Of a stretch of DNA of 64,000 nt, positions 48,924 through 60,716 are shown in pieces. Source of the DNA: an uncultured delta proteobacterium. Its GTDB lineage: Bacteria; Myxococcota_A; Polyangia; Haliangiales; Haliangiaceae. Position 1 is the first letter of the stretch. Each line of letters begins with the position of its first letter. The stretch covers positions 32,001 through 96,000 of the forward strand of contig CAWKDB010000004.1 in the NCBI GenBank assembly GCA_963848295.1, in the 5' to 3' direction. The position numbers and the translations under genes were made by a program. The notes beneath the pieces are model-generated. The model ran no database searches. It was given only the letters and a program-made list of their open reading frames with translations, and was not told where the DNA came from.

Positions 48924-50370
48924 GCGACGGTACGTCGCCGGTTCGCGCGAGCTCGGCGAACCAGCGCGCACTCGCTTTGGGCGTGCGACGCATCGTGGCT
49001 CGATCGACGTGCACGAGTCCGAAGCTGGCTTCGGGATGGTAGCCGTGCTCCCACTCGTAGTTGTCGAGAAACGTCCACGCGAAGTAGGCCTCGACGGGCA
49101 CGCTGGCGCGCACCGCCTTGAGGACGCGCTCGACGTGCTCGGTCAGATAGGCGATGCGGCGGTTGTCGGGCGTCATCGTGCCTGTGTCGTCGAACTTGGG
49201 CTTCTCCGCCATGCCATTCTCCGACACGTAGACGCGCTTGAGCCCGTAGCTACGATAGGCGTGCCAGACCTGGTGAAGCATGTCGTAGATCGCCGTCGGG
49301 TAGTACGGCGGGACAAAGATCGGCCAGCCCAGGTCGTTGGTCGGCGCGTCCTTGATCAGGCACGACCGATAACGCAGCTCGGCGCTCGGATCGTCTTCGA
49401 CCATGAGACCGTAGTAGTTGTTGATGCCGATGAAGTGGCAGCGAGCGCCGATCTTGATCTGGCGCATGTCGGCTTCCCCCACCGGCGGTAGGTGAGCGGC
49501 CATGAGCTCTGCGAGCTCGGCCGGGTACGTGCCGAGAAAGACCGGATCGAGGAACCACGCGTTGGACATCCCATCCGCGATCCGCGCAGCGCGCAGATCG
49601 TCCTCGCTCGAGGTCATCGCATAGCAAGGCATCGTGCTGAGCACCGGGCCGAGCCGAGCGTCGGGCCGGTGGCGCCAGACCTCCTCGGCCATCGCGCCGC
49701 CGGCGAGCAGGAGGTGATGCGCCGCCGCGAATGCGCGCGACAGCGATCTCTCGCCCGGCGCATGCACCCCTTGATGATATCCGAGGAAGGCGGCACACCA
49801 CGGTTCGTTGATCGTGAAGTACTCGTCGATCAGATCGCCTAACGAGTCTGCGACGACGGCGGCGTGTCGCGCGAGCAGATCGACGGTGTCGCGATTGGCC
49901 CAGCCGCCCGCATCTTGAGCGTACTGGGGCAGCTCCCAGTGATAGAGCGTCACGTAGGTGCGGATGCCGCGGTCGTGCAGACCGCCGAGGAATCGGCGAT
50001 ACCAGGCCAACGCGCGGTCGTTTGGACTTCCGTCACGGTGCAGGACGCGTGCGACCGACACCGAGGTGCGGAAGTGCCGGATCCCGAGGGTCGCGAGCAG
50101 GTCGAGATCCGCCTCCCAGCGGTGAAACCGATCGACTCCCGCGAGCGTCGAGTCGGCGTGGCGCGCCTCGGAGAACCGCAGCCACATCGATGGTTCTGAT
50201 CCCTCTTCGTCGAGGGTGTGGCGCTCGCCGATCACTTGCAGGTCAGAGTCACCGAGCCCGAACCGAAACCCGTCTGGAAACGCGGGGCGCATGGTCGGAG
50301 CGTAGTCCGACGCTGGCCATAGGGAAGCCAGTCGGGCGACGATCTCAGGACGCACGTAGTTGGCATTCAT
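48907..50370 (-). CDS. Glycoside hydrolase family 1 (beta-glucosidase-like); alternative start 50292
   Basis: TLYHWELP, TINEPW (acid/base), VSENG (nucleophile), WTFLDNYEW. Confidence 0.92.
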   Translation of the reverse strand: MNANYVRPEIVARLASLWPASDYAPTMRPAFPDGFRFGLGDSDLQVIGERHTLDEEGSEPSMWLRFSEARHADSTLAGVDRFHRWEADLDLLATLGIRHFRTSVSVARVLHRDGSPNDRALAWYRRFLGGLHDRGIRTYVTLYHWELPQYAQDAGGWANRDTVDLLARHAAVVADSLGDLIDEYFTINEPWCAAFLGYHQGVHAPGERSLSRAFAAAHHLLLAGGAMAEEVWRHRPDARLGPVLSTMPCYAMTSSEDDLRAARIADGMSNAWFLDPVFLGTYPAELAELMAAHLPPVGEADMRQIKIGARCHFIGINNYYGLMVEDDPSAELRYRSCLIKDAPTNDLGWPIFVPPYYPTAIYDMLHQVWHAYRSYGLKRVYVSENGMAEKPKFDDTGTMTPDNRRIAYLTEHVERVLKAVRASVPVEAYFAWTFLDNYEWEHGYHPEASFGLVHVDRATMRRTPKASARWFAELARTGDVPSLTQPA

Positions 50371-51874
50371 TACCGTCGCGATCGAGGCGGACGCTCGAAG
50401 CATAGGTCACGATCGCCTGGCGCCAGACCCAGAGGATGGCGAACCGAACCAAGCACAGCGCGAACGCCGCGGCGGTGCCGGCGACCAGATTGGTCACGGC
50501 CATCGTCGCGCATGCGGCGAGCAGGCACGCACCGAGCGCGAGCTCGGTCAGCATCCAGCGAAGTTGTCCCGGCACCACGTGGGCGATGAACTTGTTCGTG
50601 CGCACGAACCGCGAGTGTCGGTTCCACAGGCACGACAGCCAGCTGAGCGAGAAGATCCAGCCGAGGCCAAGGTGTGTCGTGTAGGCGCGCATCACGTCGC
50701 GGTACGTGCAGCCGTCGCGTCGCAGCCCGACCGCGATCGTGACGAAGCGCAGCACGAAGAACGAGAGCAACGTGGCCGCGCTGAGATAGATCGCGACGTC
50801 CTGCACCGGCGCGAGCGGCCCGACCGCCGCCGCGATCGCGAGTACGATCAGGGATAGCGACGGGATCAGGTTGAAGTTGAACCACGCCGTCATGTGGGCA
50901 CAGATCCCGAGCTTCTGCCGCCACGCGAGCTCGCGTCCGAACAAGAGCTGACGCCATGATGCGCGCAGGATCTGTGCGTTGCCGAAGGCCCAGCGCCAGC
51001 GCTGCTTCTTGATCCCGGCGAGATCGAGCGGCATGAGCCCGGCACCGGCGGGCTCGTCGACATAGACCGTGCGGTAGCCGTGGCGTAGGAAGCGCAGGCC
51101 CAGCTCGGCATCCTCCGTGATCACCTCGGTATCGAATCCGCCCACGGCTCGAAGCGCGCGGAGATCGATCAGCGTCAGGGTTCCCGTCGAGGGGACGCAA
51201 TCGAGTCGATTCGCCATGTGCATGTAGCTCGCGAAGTAATGCCGGAACTCGAGAGCGAGGCCGGCGTTGTCGCGGGCGATGTTGCGATAGCCCTGCGGGA
51301 ACTGGACGACCGCGACGCGATCGCCGGTGACGTAGGTGAACGCGCGCCGCAGACAATCGGGAACCACCTGGTAGTCGGCGTCGACGACGAAGATGTACTC
51401 GGCGCGCCGATCGATGTAGGCGCGCGCCCAGTTCAACGCGCCGGCCTTGGCACCGGGAAGCCCTTCGACGTGCAGGAAGCGAAATCGCGGGCCGAGCTCG
51501 GCACACGCGCGCGCCACCGGACGCCAGATCGCCGGATCGACCGTGTTGTTATCGATCACGACGACCTCGTAGGCCGACCATTCGAGGCGCGCCAGGCTGC
51601 GTAGCGTTTCGATCAGGACGTCCGGGGGCTCGTCATGAGCCGGAACCTGGATCGACACGAACGGCTCGCGTGGGTTGGACACGGCTCGCGAAGGCCGTTT
51701 GCGCGGCAGAGACATGAGCGCGGCCTGCAGACCGACCACGCAGAGATTCGCGACGAGGTTGCACAGCACCAGCACGGCGAGTGCGACCGGGCAAAGCCAC
51801 GCGAGGACGACGCCGATGGTCGCGGCCGCGAGAGCCATCCACCGCGGGGGGCCGTGTCGACGGAGATGCTTCAT
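50345..51874 (-). CDS. Processive GT2 glycosyltransferase (NdvB/cellulose synthase-like)
   Basis: IDNNT, KAGALN, VDADY, QFPQ, ITEDAELG, QRWRW; TM segments at both ends. Confidence 0.9.
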   Translation of the reverse strand: MKHLRRHGPPRWMALAAATIGVVLAWLCPVALAVLVLCNLVANLCVVGLQAALMSLPRKRPSRAVSNPREPFVSIQVPAHDEPPDVLIETLRSLARLEWSAYEVVVIDNNTVDPAIWRPVARACAELGPRFRFLHVEGLPGAKAGALNWARAYIDRRAEYIFVVDADYQVVPDCLRRAFTYVTGDRVAVVQFPQGYRNIARDNAGLALEFRHYFASYMHMANRLDCVPSTGTLTLIDLRALRAVGGFDTEVITEDAELGLRFLRHGYRTVYVDEPAGAGLMPLDLAGIKKQRWRWAFGNAQILRASWRQLLFGRELAWRQKLGICAHMTAWFNFNLIPSLSLIVLAIAAAVGPLAPVQDVAIYLSAATLLSFFVLRFVTIAVGLRRDGCTYRDVMRAYTTHLGLGWIFSLSWLSCLWNRHSRFVRTNKFIAHVVPGQLRWMLTELALGACLLAACATMAVTNLVAGTAAAFALCLVRFAILWVWRQAIVTYASSVRLDRDGNECQLRAS

Positions 51875-51876
51875 CG

Positions 51877-52104
51877 CTAGGCCACCGCGCAAGGATCGCG
51901 GGATGCGTTGCCGCACCACACCGCGCCGTCGATGCGCAATCGGATCGCGAGCCCTCGGTCGACGTAGGCCACCCTGGACGGCGAGCGAGCCGAGTAGCAG
52001 CGCGTCCACGCTCCACGCTCGACTTCTTGCAACGTGATTTCGCGCGCGCTCGCGACGTCGAGCCGCTCGAACACGATGACCAACCCTAGGTGACCGAGCT
52101 CCAA
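51877..52104 (-). CDS. Small hypothetical protein
   Basis: TTG start just downstream of a sigma54 promoter; stop is 2 nt before the GT2 ATG. Confidence 0.4.
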   Translation of the reverse strand: MELGHLGLVIVFERLDVASAREITLQEVERGAWTRCYSARSPSRVAYVDRGLAIRLRIDGAVWCGNASRDPCAVA

Positions 52105-52119
52105 TGTAGTCGCCGTTAC

Positions 52120-52135
52120 AGCACGCTCTGTGCCA
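52120..52135 (-). promoter_or_regulatory. sigma54 -24/-12 promoter of the GT2-GH1 operon
   Basis: TGGCACAGAGCGTGCT on minus strand. Confidence 0.7.
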
Positions 52136-52205
52136 ACGGCGGGCTACGGAACCCGGGTGGTTGCGGAGGCCCGAGCGCGTCGAGTCTTGCAGATCGCAAG
52201 ACCGC

Positions 52206-53551
<1,346 letters not shown>

Positions 53552-53555
<4 letters not shown>

Positions 53556-55579
53556 GATGCCACCGGCCACGCGACGCGCACGCGGGTTCCCGCGCCGGGT
53601 GCGCTCTCGAGCTCGATCTCTGCCGAGTGGGTGCGAACGATCTGGGCGACGACCCAGAGGCCCAGGCCCGTCCCTTGCCCGCGCTTCTTGGTCGTGAAGA
53701 ACGGGTCGAACACCTGCGGCTGGATCTCGGCCGCGATGCCATGGCCATCATCGCGCACCTCGAGCACGACGGTCTTGCCCCGGCGGGTGGCCGAAATCTC
53801 GACGTGACCCGCCGGACCGCAAGCATCCAGCGCGTTCAGGACGAGGTTGATCATCACCTGCTGTACCTGATCGGGATTGGCACGGATCGGCGGCACGGGC
53901 TTGGAGACGTGGACCTCCACCGCGACGCCGCGCTTGGTCGCTTGCGCGTGCAGCAGCTCGCGCACCGCGTGAAGGCTCGCGGCTAGATCGAGCGGCAGCA
54001 TGGCCTCGGGGGCGGGGCGCACGTAGTCGAGCAGCTGCTGGATCATCCGGGTGACGCGATCGATCTGATCCATCGCGACGCGATGATTCGACGCCTCGGC
54101 ATGCTCGTTGCCAAGGTGGGAGAGCGCGAGCTCGACACGTCCACGCGCCACGTTGAGCGGTGTGCCCACCTCGTGCGCGATGCCGGCGGCTAGTTGTCCC
54201 GCGGTCACGAGCTTCTCCGAATGCAAGAGTCGCTCCTCGATCCGACGCAGCTGGGTGAGGTCCTCGAACACCAGCAGTGCGCTGACGTCTGCGATCGCTC
54301 GCTCGAGCGGGACCGCATGGAGGTTGAGCCAGGCCTCTTGCGCGAAGAGGCCGCAGCGGATGCGATGCAGCGACTGGGGCTCGTGCGATTCGAGCGCGGT
54401 GTCGACGAGCTTCGTGACGAGCGCCGCATCTCGGACGTTGCGACTGGCAAACACTTCGTCCAGGCGTCGGCCGATGATGTCGCCTGCGAACCGTTCGCTG
54501 AACGAGCGGTTGGCGCCGGTGACGCGGCCATCCTCCGAAACCATGAGTACGCCGCTGGGGATGTGGTCGACGATCTTCTCGGCTCGCTCGGTGAGGTGCT
54601 CGAGGCGCGCGGTGCTGCGCACCCGTTCGCGCAGCATCGCGGCACGGCGCGCATTATGAATCACGTATCCAGCGGCCACGAGCAGCAGGATCAGCACCAG
54701 CCCGCTGCCGACCAGGACGCGATGGACGACGAGCTGTTCCTGCTCGTCGAGCGGGCTCGTCGAGGACACGACGACGATCGTCCACGGCCTCCCATGCTCG
54801 ACGTTCACGGTCGCCGAGATCGCGACCGCAGGCGCGGCCGGTAACCCGACGGATCGGGCGACGGCCGCATCGACGATGCGCGGCGATCCGATGCCGGCTT
54901 CAGGTCTCGTCCACGGGGCGCGCGAACCATCGCCGACCAAGGCTGCCAGCTTCGGATCGCTCGACGGCGTTGCCACACCGTCGGGTCCAAGGACCACGGT
55001 GCGCGAGAACGGATCGCGCGGCAGCTTCACTCTCGTCAGCAGCAGCTTGGTGTCGACCAAGATCGCGATCGTAACGCGATGCTGGGGCGAGTGCCGAGCG
55101 TACACGCGGTACCACGCGGCGCCGTCGTCGCCGCCGCGCAGCGCGGCCGACACCTGGAGCGTATCGGGTGTAGCGGCCGCCTGGTCGAGTGTCTTCATCA
55201 TCTGCGTGCGTAGGAGGTCGGCGATCGCCGGCGGCGCATCGAACGCGACGACCTCGATCGTGTCCGCGGCCGACGTCCGCGAGTCCATCACGACATATTC
55301 ACGCTTGATCGTCGCGATCGCGTGCAACTCGCGTTCGGCGACTTGTGGCGACTCTGCTCGTTCCATCAGCGTCACGGCGAGATCGAAGTCTTCGTTGAGG
55401 TCGGCCAGATCGGCGGCAAATCCGCGCGCAGCCTCGGTGACTTCCTGAGCCCGCTCCTTCGCGTAGCGATCGTAAAGGTCTTGACGGTCGCGACTCACGA
55501 CATGCTGGCCGACGAAGATCAGCACGATCAACGCGGCGATCGACGCCAGCACGACGACGAAGACGGGCCGGTAGCTCAT
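53552..55579 (-). CDS. Membrane sensor histidine kinase with PAS-like domain
   Basis: Two TM segments, AHEVGTPLN, NLVLNALDA, DDGHG, DPFFTTK, GTGLGL. Confidence 0.93.
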
Positions 55580-55728
55580 CAGCGAGCCACTAGATGTACC
55601 ACTCTCGCGGCTTTCGCCCCTCTCGCGGTTTGCGAGGGTGGTCTTGCATTTTGCGTCGGTCGGCTACGTGGTGTGCGTGAACGCTCGCTTCGCCGTGGTC
55701 GACCGCCGTGTTCGATCGGGCGGAATGC

Positions 55729-56082
55729 TCAGTCGAACGTGCGGTCGGTCGCGTACTCGAGCGCGACGACCTCCCAGCCGGCCGCGACTTTGTGGGCGAT
55801 CGCGAACGCGTGCAGGATGAGCGCCCCGGCCTTGTAGCGCATCCGGAGCCGCGCGCTTACCGCCGCGCAGTCGCCGACCACGAGCTCGTGATGATCGTAG
55901 TCGCTGCCCTCCTTCGACGTCACGACCTGGAGGTCGAGCTTGGTCCAGCGCGCGAGCAGCTTGCTCGTCGCGGCGGCGCCTCTCGCGTGATCGGCTGCGG
56001 ACGTACCGTAGACCGTGACCGCCGGATCGGTCGACAGGTGCTTGGCGATCTCGGCCGGGTGCGCGAGCCAGCCGACGAGCAC
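55729..56082 (-). CDS. Hypothetical protein, probably a truncated C-terminal fragment
   Basis: Protein-like composition, but the frame is open upstream only to a nearby TAG and has no good start or RBS. Confidence 0.35.
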   Translation of the reverse strand: MLVGWLAHPAEIAKHLSTDPAVTVYGTSAADHARGAAATSKLLARWTKLDLQVVTSKEGSDYDHHELVVGDCAAVSARLRMRYKAGALILHAFAIAHKVAAGWEVVALEYATDRTFD

Positions 56083-56164
56083 TGACGGCGATGGTTCGGC
56101 CGGCAGCTCCTTGATGTCATCGGACTGATGCGACTACTCCCGTTCTGGCACGTCTGACCAGGTA

Positions 56165-57607
56165 ATGAAGCTATACGCGGCACTGTTCGCGTTGACGTTC
56201 GCGCGTCTCGCGATCGCCGGGGCAGGTGCGCATCCGCCGGTGGGTGCGAACTCCGAGATCGATCATCTCGTCGCAACGGTCGCCGGCGCGCCGATCTGGC
56301 AAAGCGAGCTCGACGAGCGCGGGCAGGGCGTCGACGAAGCGGTCGATGACGAGGTCGTGATCGGCCAGGTCGACGCGAGCTATACCAGCGTGAGTCCCGG
56401 CGAGCTCGACCAGGCCGTCGCCACGGTGGCGCGGCAGAACAACGTCGACGACGCCGGACTCGACGCGTTGCTCGCGAGCCGTCGCCTGACCCGTGCGACG
56501 TTCCGCGCCGCGGTCGAGCGCCAGCTGCTCGTGATCAAGGAGCTGCGGCTCGCGCTGGGCGACCAGCTGACCGCGACCCCGAAAGGAGACGCCGCGCGCC
56601 GCCAGTGGATCAGCGCGCAGCGCGAGCTCGTCCACGTCGCGGTCGCGCGGGCGCCGGTCCTGACCGGACGCGTGGTCGATTGGACCGCGCTCGTCGGACC
56701 GATTCGCGCCGTCGGGATCACCGGAGCGACCGCGCCGGTGCGGACCGCGGCCCACGACATCCTCGCAGCCGAGGTCGGCGCTTCCCTCGATCGCGCGCGC
56801 CTGCGCGGCGAGCTCGCACGCGTGCTGGCGCTGCCGGGCCTGGCCGATGTCGCGGTGACCGGTGCCCAGCGCGCGGACGGAATTGCCCTGTCCGTCGCGT
56901 TGTCTCCCGAGCCGATCCTTCACGCGTTCGCGGTGCGCGAGCGCGGATCGCCACCGGATCCGGCGCTGTCAGCTTCCAGTATCGTGACCGGCCAGCCACT
57001 CGATCCGTCGCTGCTAGATACCCTGACGAACGCGCTGCGCGATTCCTACTTAGAGCGCGGCTATCGCAACGCGCGCGCGACGTGGACGCTCGCGCCCGCG
57101 GCCGCGGGACAGGTCGATGCCGCCGTCGAGCTCGACCCCGGTCAGGCCTTCGTCATCGACGCGATCGAGATGAAAGGCAATACCCGGACTCCCCGCGCCG
57201 CGCTCGTCAAGGCACTCGACAGCAACGTGATCGTGGGCGGTCCGTGGCTCGACGATCACGTCGAGCGCGCGAAGTGGCTGGTCCTGGCGTACTACTACGA
57301 TCACGGGTTCGTGATGGCGCACGTCGACACCGAGGAACCGACGGCGCCGCACGGCAAGCTCGTGTTCGACATCCGCGAAGGCAGCCAGTACCGGATCGGA
57401 ACCGTCACGTTCCCCGGCGTGCCGGCGGCCGACGCCAAGCGCTACCTCGCGATCTCCGCGTTGCATCCGCATGACGTGTTCTCGCGGACGGCGATGACCG
57501 ACACGTCGACTCGCGTGCGCGATGCAGCCCACGCGGCGACCGCGACGCCGACGACGATCGTCGACGAGGCTCATCACCTCATCGATGTCCGCATCGAGCT
57601 CGAGTAA
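56165..57607 (+). CDS. Secreted SurA N-terminal-like + POTRA domain protein
   Basis: Signal peptide; IDHLVATV.G.PI..SEL; Y.ERGY..A, I.MKGN, YYYDHGF..A.V, I.EG.QY.IG.V.F.G. Confidence 0.75.
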   Translation: MKLYAALFALTFARLAIAGAGAHPPVGANSEIDHLVATVAGAPIWQSELDERGQGVDEAVDDEVVIGQVDASYTSVSPGELDQAVATVARQNNVDDAGLDALLASRRLTRATFRAAVERQLLVIKELRLALGDQLTATPKGDAARRQWISAQRELVHVAVARAPVLTGRVVDWTALVGPIRAVGITGATAPVRTAAHDILAAEVGASLDRARLRGELARVLALPGLADVAVTGAQRADGIALSVALSPEPILHAFAVRERGSPPDPALSASSIVTGQPLDPSLLDTLTNALRDSYLERGYRNARATWTLAPAAAGQVDAAVELDPGQAFVIDAIEMKGNTRTPRAALVKALDSNVIVGGPWLDDHVERAKWLVLAYYYDHGFVMAHVDTEEPTAPHGKLVFDIREGSQYRIGTVTFPGVPAADAKRYLAISALHPHDVFSRTAMTDTSTRVRDAAHAATATPTTIVDEAHHLIDVRIELE

Positions 57608-57644
57608 CGGGACGTCGTACGAAGACATCCTCGACGCATCACGG

Positions 57645-57971
57645 CTACGGATACGCGCAGGCGACCGTCACGATGCCGCTCGAAACTTCGCAGCCAGGCG
57701 TGGCGCCGCTGCATGTCGGCACACTCGGGATGACGCACGCGCAGGTCGGCGTCGCGGCGCAGCCGGGTGGCAGCGGATTGCAGCCGATCTGTTGGGCTGC
57801 GACCGATGCGGTGATCGCGCCGACGGACTGCATGTAGCAATATTGGTCCGCGGAGCAGGTCTGGCCGTTGCACGGTCCGAGCGCCGCCGCGGCATCGGGA
57901 GATGATGGAATCGACTCGCGGTGACTGCACGCGCACACCACGACGAGCACAGCGAAGATGAGGTGCCGCAT
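57645..57971 (-). CDS. Small Cys-rich lipoprotein
   Basis: MRHLIFAVLVVVCAC signal; 10 further Cys. Confidence 0.7.
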   Translation of the reverse strand: MRHLIFAVLVVVCACSHRESIPSSPDAAAALGPCNGQTCSADQYCYMQSVGAITASVAAQQIGCNPLPPGCAATPTCACVIPSVPTCSGATPGCEVSSGIVTVACAYP

Positions 57972-58089
57972 CGCAGCGACTGTAGATCGGCTGGCCTCGC
58001 TCCGGGTGTGCAAACATCTGCACAGCCCTCCGGTCGAACCTATCGCGAACCACGCGTTGCGGTTGTCCATCAGCTAGGCTCGGCGGAAC

Positions 58090-58512
58090 ATGACGGCGAA
58101 ACGCGCTCCGGCCAGCTCGGCGGCCTCGAAGAACATCACCAAGCGGATCCGCGAGCTCGGCGACTGGCGCGGCGACACGCTCGCGCGGGTTCGCCGGCTG
58201 ATCCACGAGGCGGATCCGGAGATCATCGAGGAGTGGAAATGGATGGGGACTCCGGTGTGGGAGCACGATGGTGGGGTGTGCACGGGCGAGTCGTACAAGC
58301 AGGTCGTGAAGCTGACGTTCCACCGAGGCGCTTCGCTCGACGACCCGAAGCAGCTGTTCAACTCCAGCCTCGAGGGGAACGTGCGGCGCGCGATCGACCT
58401 TCGCGAAGGCGAGAAGATCAACGAAGCCGCGTTCAAGACCTTGATCCGCACCGCGGTGGCGGCCAACGCCGCGGCTCGGGCCGGACGCGCGGCGGCGAAG
58501 AAGAAGAGATAG
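58090..58512 (+). CDS. DUF1801 (YdhG-like) protein
   Basis: DWRG.TL..R.LI..ADP.I.EEWKW, FNSSLEGNVRRAID. Confidence 0.88.
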   Translation: MTAKRAPASSAASKNITKRIRELGDWRGDTLARVRRLIHEADPEIIEEWKWMGTPVWEHDGGVCTGESYKQVVKLTFHRGASLDDPKQLFNSSLEGNVRRAIDLREGEKINEAAFKTLIRTAVAANAAARAGRAAAKKKR

Positions 58513-59874
58513 CTAGCCCGCCGGTTCGGCGGCGAGCACGGCCTCGACCTTGGGCTCGAGCAGCTGGATGCGCTTCCAGGCGCCGCTCTTGAACCGGACG
58601 GCCAGCGCGATCGCGAGCACCGCGAGATAGCCGACCAGGCACGCCATCGCGCCGTTCGCGCCGCCGTGCCACACGCGCACGACGAGCAGCGAGCCCGGCA
58701 CGAACAGCCCCCACGCGATCGCGACGCGGATCGTCGCGGTCCACGCGGTATCACCGGCGGCGCGCAACGTCTCGTTGAGGCTCATCCCGGTCGCGTCGAA
58801 CACCTGCCAGATCGCGCTGATCATCAGCATCGGTACGCCGGTCGCGATCAGCGTCGCGCCACCGCCGGACGGTGCGAACCACGAGAACACGTGCTCGGGT
58901 ACGAGCACGTACAGCAACGCCATCGCGCCTTCCCAGACGATCGTGCACGCGAGCGTGAGCTTGACGTGCGACCACACCCGATCCTTGTCACCGGCGCCGA
59001 TCGATTGCCCCGCGAGGATCGATCCGGCGACCGCGAGTCCGAACGCCGGCATGAACGCGAGCGAGTTGACCGCGATCACGATGTTGAGCGCGGCGACGGT
59101 CACCGCGCCGAGCTTCGCGATGACGACGTTGACGAACAGCGCGAAGGCCGCGAACTCCAAGAACCAGTTGAGGCCGTTCGGCAATCCGAACCGCGCGACC
59201 CGCCACAGCTCGCGGCGCGATAGCCCGAGCGGTTCGTGCTGCTTCGGCGCGCCGCCCCAGCCGCGCCAGAACGCGACGCCGAGAAACCCGAAGCCCAGCC
59301 ACGTCGCGATCACGCATGCGATCGCGGCGCCGTCGACGCCGAAGTGCGGGATCAGGATCGCGTTGCCGACCACGGCGAGCACCATCGTGATGAACCCCGC
59401 GATCATGGCCATCCAGGTGTTGCCGAGCCCGCCGTACCAGCTGCCGAGCGCCTCGATGCCCACCGCCGCCATCACCGACAACAAGCGGATCTGCATGTAG
59501 CTCGCCATCAGCTCGCGGACATCGTCCGGATAGCTGACGAGGCCGAGCACGGGCAAGACGAGCGGAATCGCGATCGCCGCCACGATCCCGGCGATCAGCG
59601 CGAACCCGAGCCCGTACCACGCGAACCGCCGCGTCTCTTTGAAGTCACCGCGGCCGACGAGCTGGGCGACGAAGCTCTGCACGATGAACGTGATCCCGGT
59701 CGGCAGCATCACGAAGGTCATCGCGTTGAGCCCACCGGTGGCGACCGCCGCGATCGACTTCTCGCCGAGGTTCTTGACCTGGAGCACATCGGCGAACGTC
59801 ATGACCGACTGACTCGCGCGCGCCAGCACCATCGGCGCTGCGAGCGAGAGTAGGGTCGCGAGCCGCGAGCGCAT
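58513..59874 (-). CDS. MATE family efflux transporter
   Basis: LAAPM, 12 TM segments, GLP, GQSIGAG, LRAAGDT. Confidence 0.9.
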   Translation of the reverse strand: MRSRLATLLSLAAPMVLARASQSVMTFADVLQVKNLGEKSIAAVATGGLNAMTFVMLPTGITFIVQSFVAQLVGRGDFKETRRFAWYGLGFALIAGIVAAIAIPLVLPVLGLVSYPDDVRELMASYMQIRLLSVMAAVGIEALGSWYGGLGNTWMAMIAGFITMVLAVVGNAILIPHFGVDGAAIACVIATWLGFGFLGVAFWRGWGGAPKQHEPLGLSRRELWRVARFGLPNGLNWFLEFAAFALFVNVVIAKLGAVTVAALNIVIAVNSLAFMPAFGLAVAGSILAGQSIGAGDKDRVWSHVKLTLACTIVWEGAMALLYVLVPEHVFSWFAPSGGGATLIATGVPMLMISAIWQVFDATGMSLNETLRAAGDTAWTATIRVAIAWGLFVPGSLLVVRVWHGGANGAMACLVGYLAVLAIALAVRFKSGAWKRIQLLEPKVEAVLAAEPAG

Positions 59875-59933
59875 GGCCGCGAACCATGCGGCCTAGCCGT
59901 CGCTCGCGCAAGGATCCGGGAGCGCGATGGAGG

Positions 59934-60716
59934 TCAGCGCGAGATCGTGACGTACGCCGGTAGCTTCGCGCTGCGACCGTCGCCGAGCGTCTTGCCGCGC
60001 AACCGTCGCCATGCCCACGGCACGAAGAAGTCGCGGCCCCACGCGAGATCGTCGGCGAGTCGCGCCGCGAGCGTCGGCGGTGGCTCGTCGGGGAACGGCG
60101 TGCGCCAATGCTCGTCGCTGCCCGGGACCTCGAGCGCGTGAGCGAGCGCGGCGGCGCTGCGCGCGTGGCCTTCGGCGTTGAGGTGCAGGCGGTCTCGACT
60201 CCATAGCCGTCGATCGCGCGCGAGCTCGAACGCGCCGAGGTCGACGACCTGCGCACCGTTCGCGCGCGTGACCTCGCGCAGCGCGATGTTGAGCGCGCGC
60301 GTGCGCGTCGACAGCAGGCGCGACACCGGTCCGACCGCGAGTCGATGCGATAGATCCGGAATCGTCACGGTGACGACGTGGCACCCCGCCGCGCCGAGCG
60401 CGCGCTGGATCGTGCCGACCTCGGCGGCGACGGCCCGAGCGTCGTAGCTGAAACCCAGCAGATCGTTCATCCCGGCGACGACGGTCGCGAGGTCCGGCGC
60501 GAGTGCGAGCGCCGGTTCGAGCTGCTGCTCGCAGATCTCGCGCGCGGTCCGCCCGCGCACCGCCAGATTCGCGTACGCGATCGGCGCGCGTTGCCCGATC
60601 GCGAGTCGCTCGGCGAGCCGGTCGGCCCAGCCGCGATAACCACCCGCACCGTCGGGGTCTTCGAGCCCTTCGGTGGTGCTGTCGCCGAGCGCGACGTAGC
60701 GCGCGAACCGCCTCAA
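59934..60716 (-). CDS. SGNH/GDSL hydrolase
   Basis: GDSTTEG, NLAVRG, GMND, DRLH. Confidence 0.92.
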   Translation of the reverse strand: MRRFARYVALGDSTTEGLEDPDGAGGYRGWADRLAERLAIGQRAPIAYANLAVRGRTAREICEQQLEPALALAPDLATVVAGMNDLLGFSYDARAVAAEVGTIQRALGAAGCHVVTVTIPDLSHRLAVGPVSRLLSTRTRALNIALREVTRANGAQVVDLGAFELARDRRLWSRDRLHLNAEGHARSAAALAHALEVPGSDEHWRTPFPDEPPPTLAARLADDLAWGRDFFVPWAWRRLRGKTLGDGRSAKLPAYVTISR

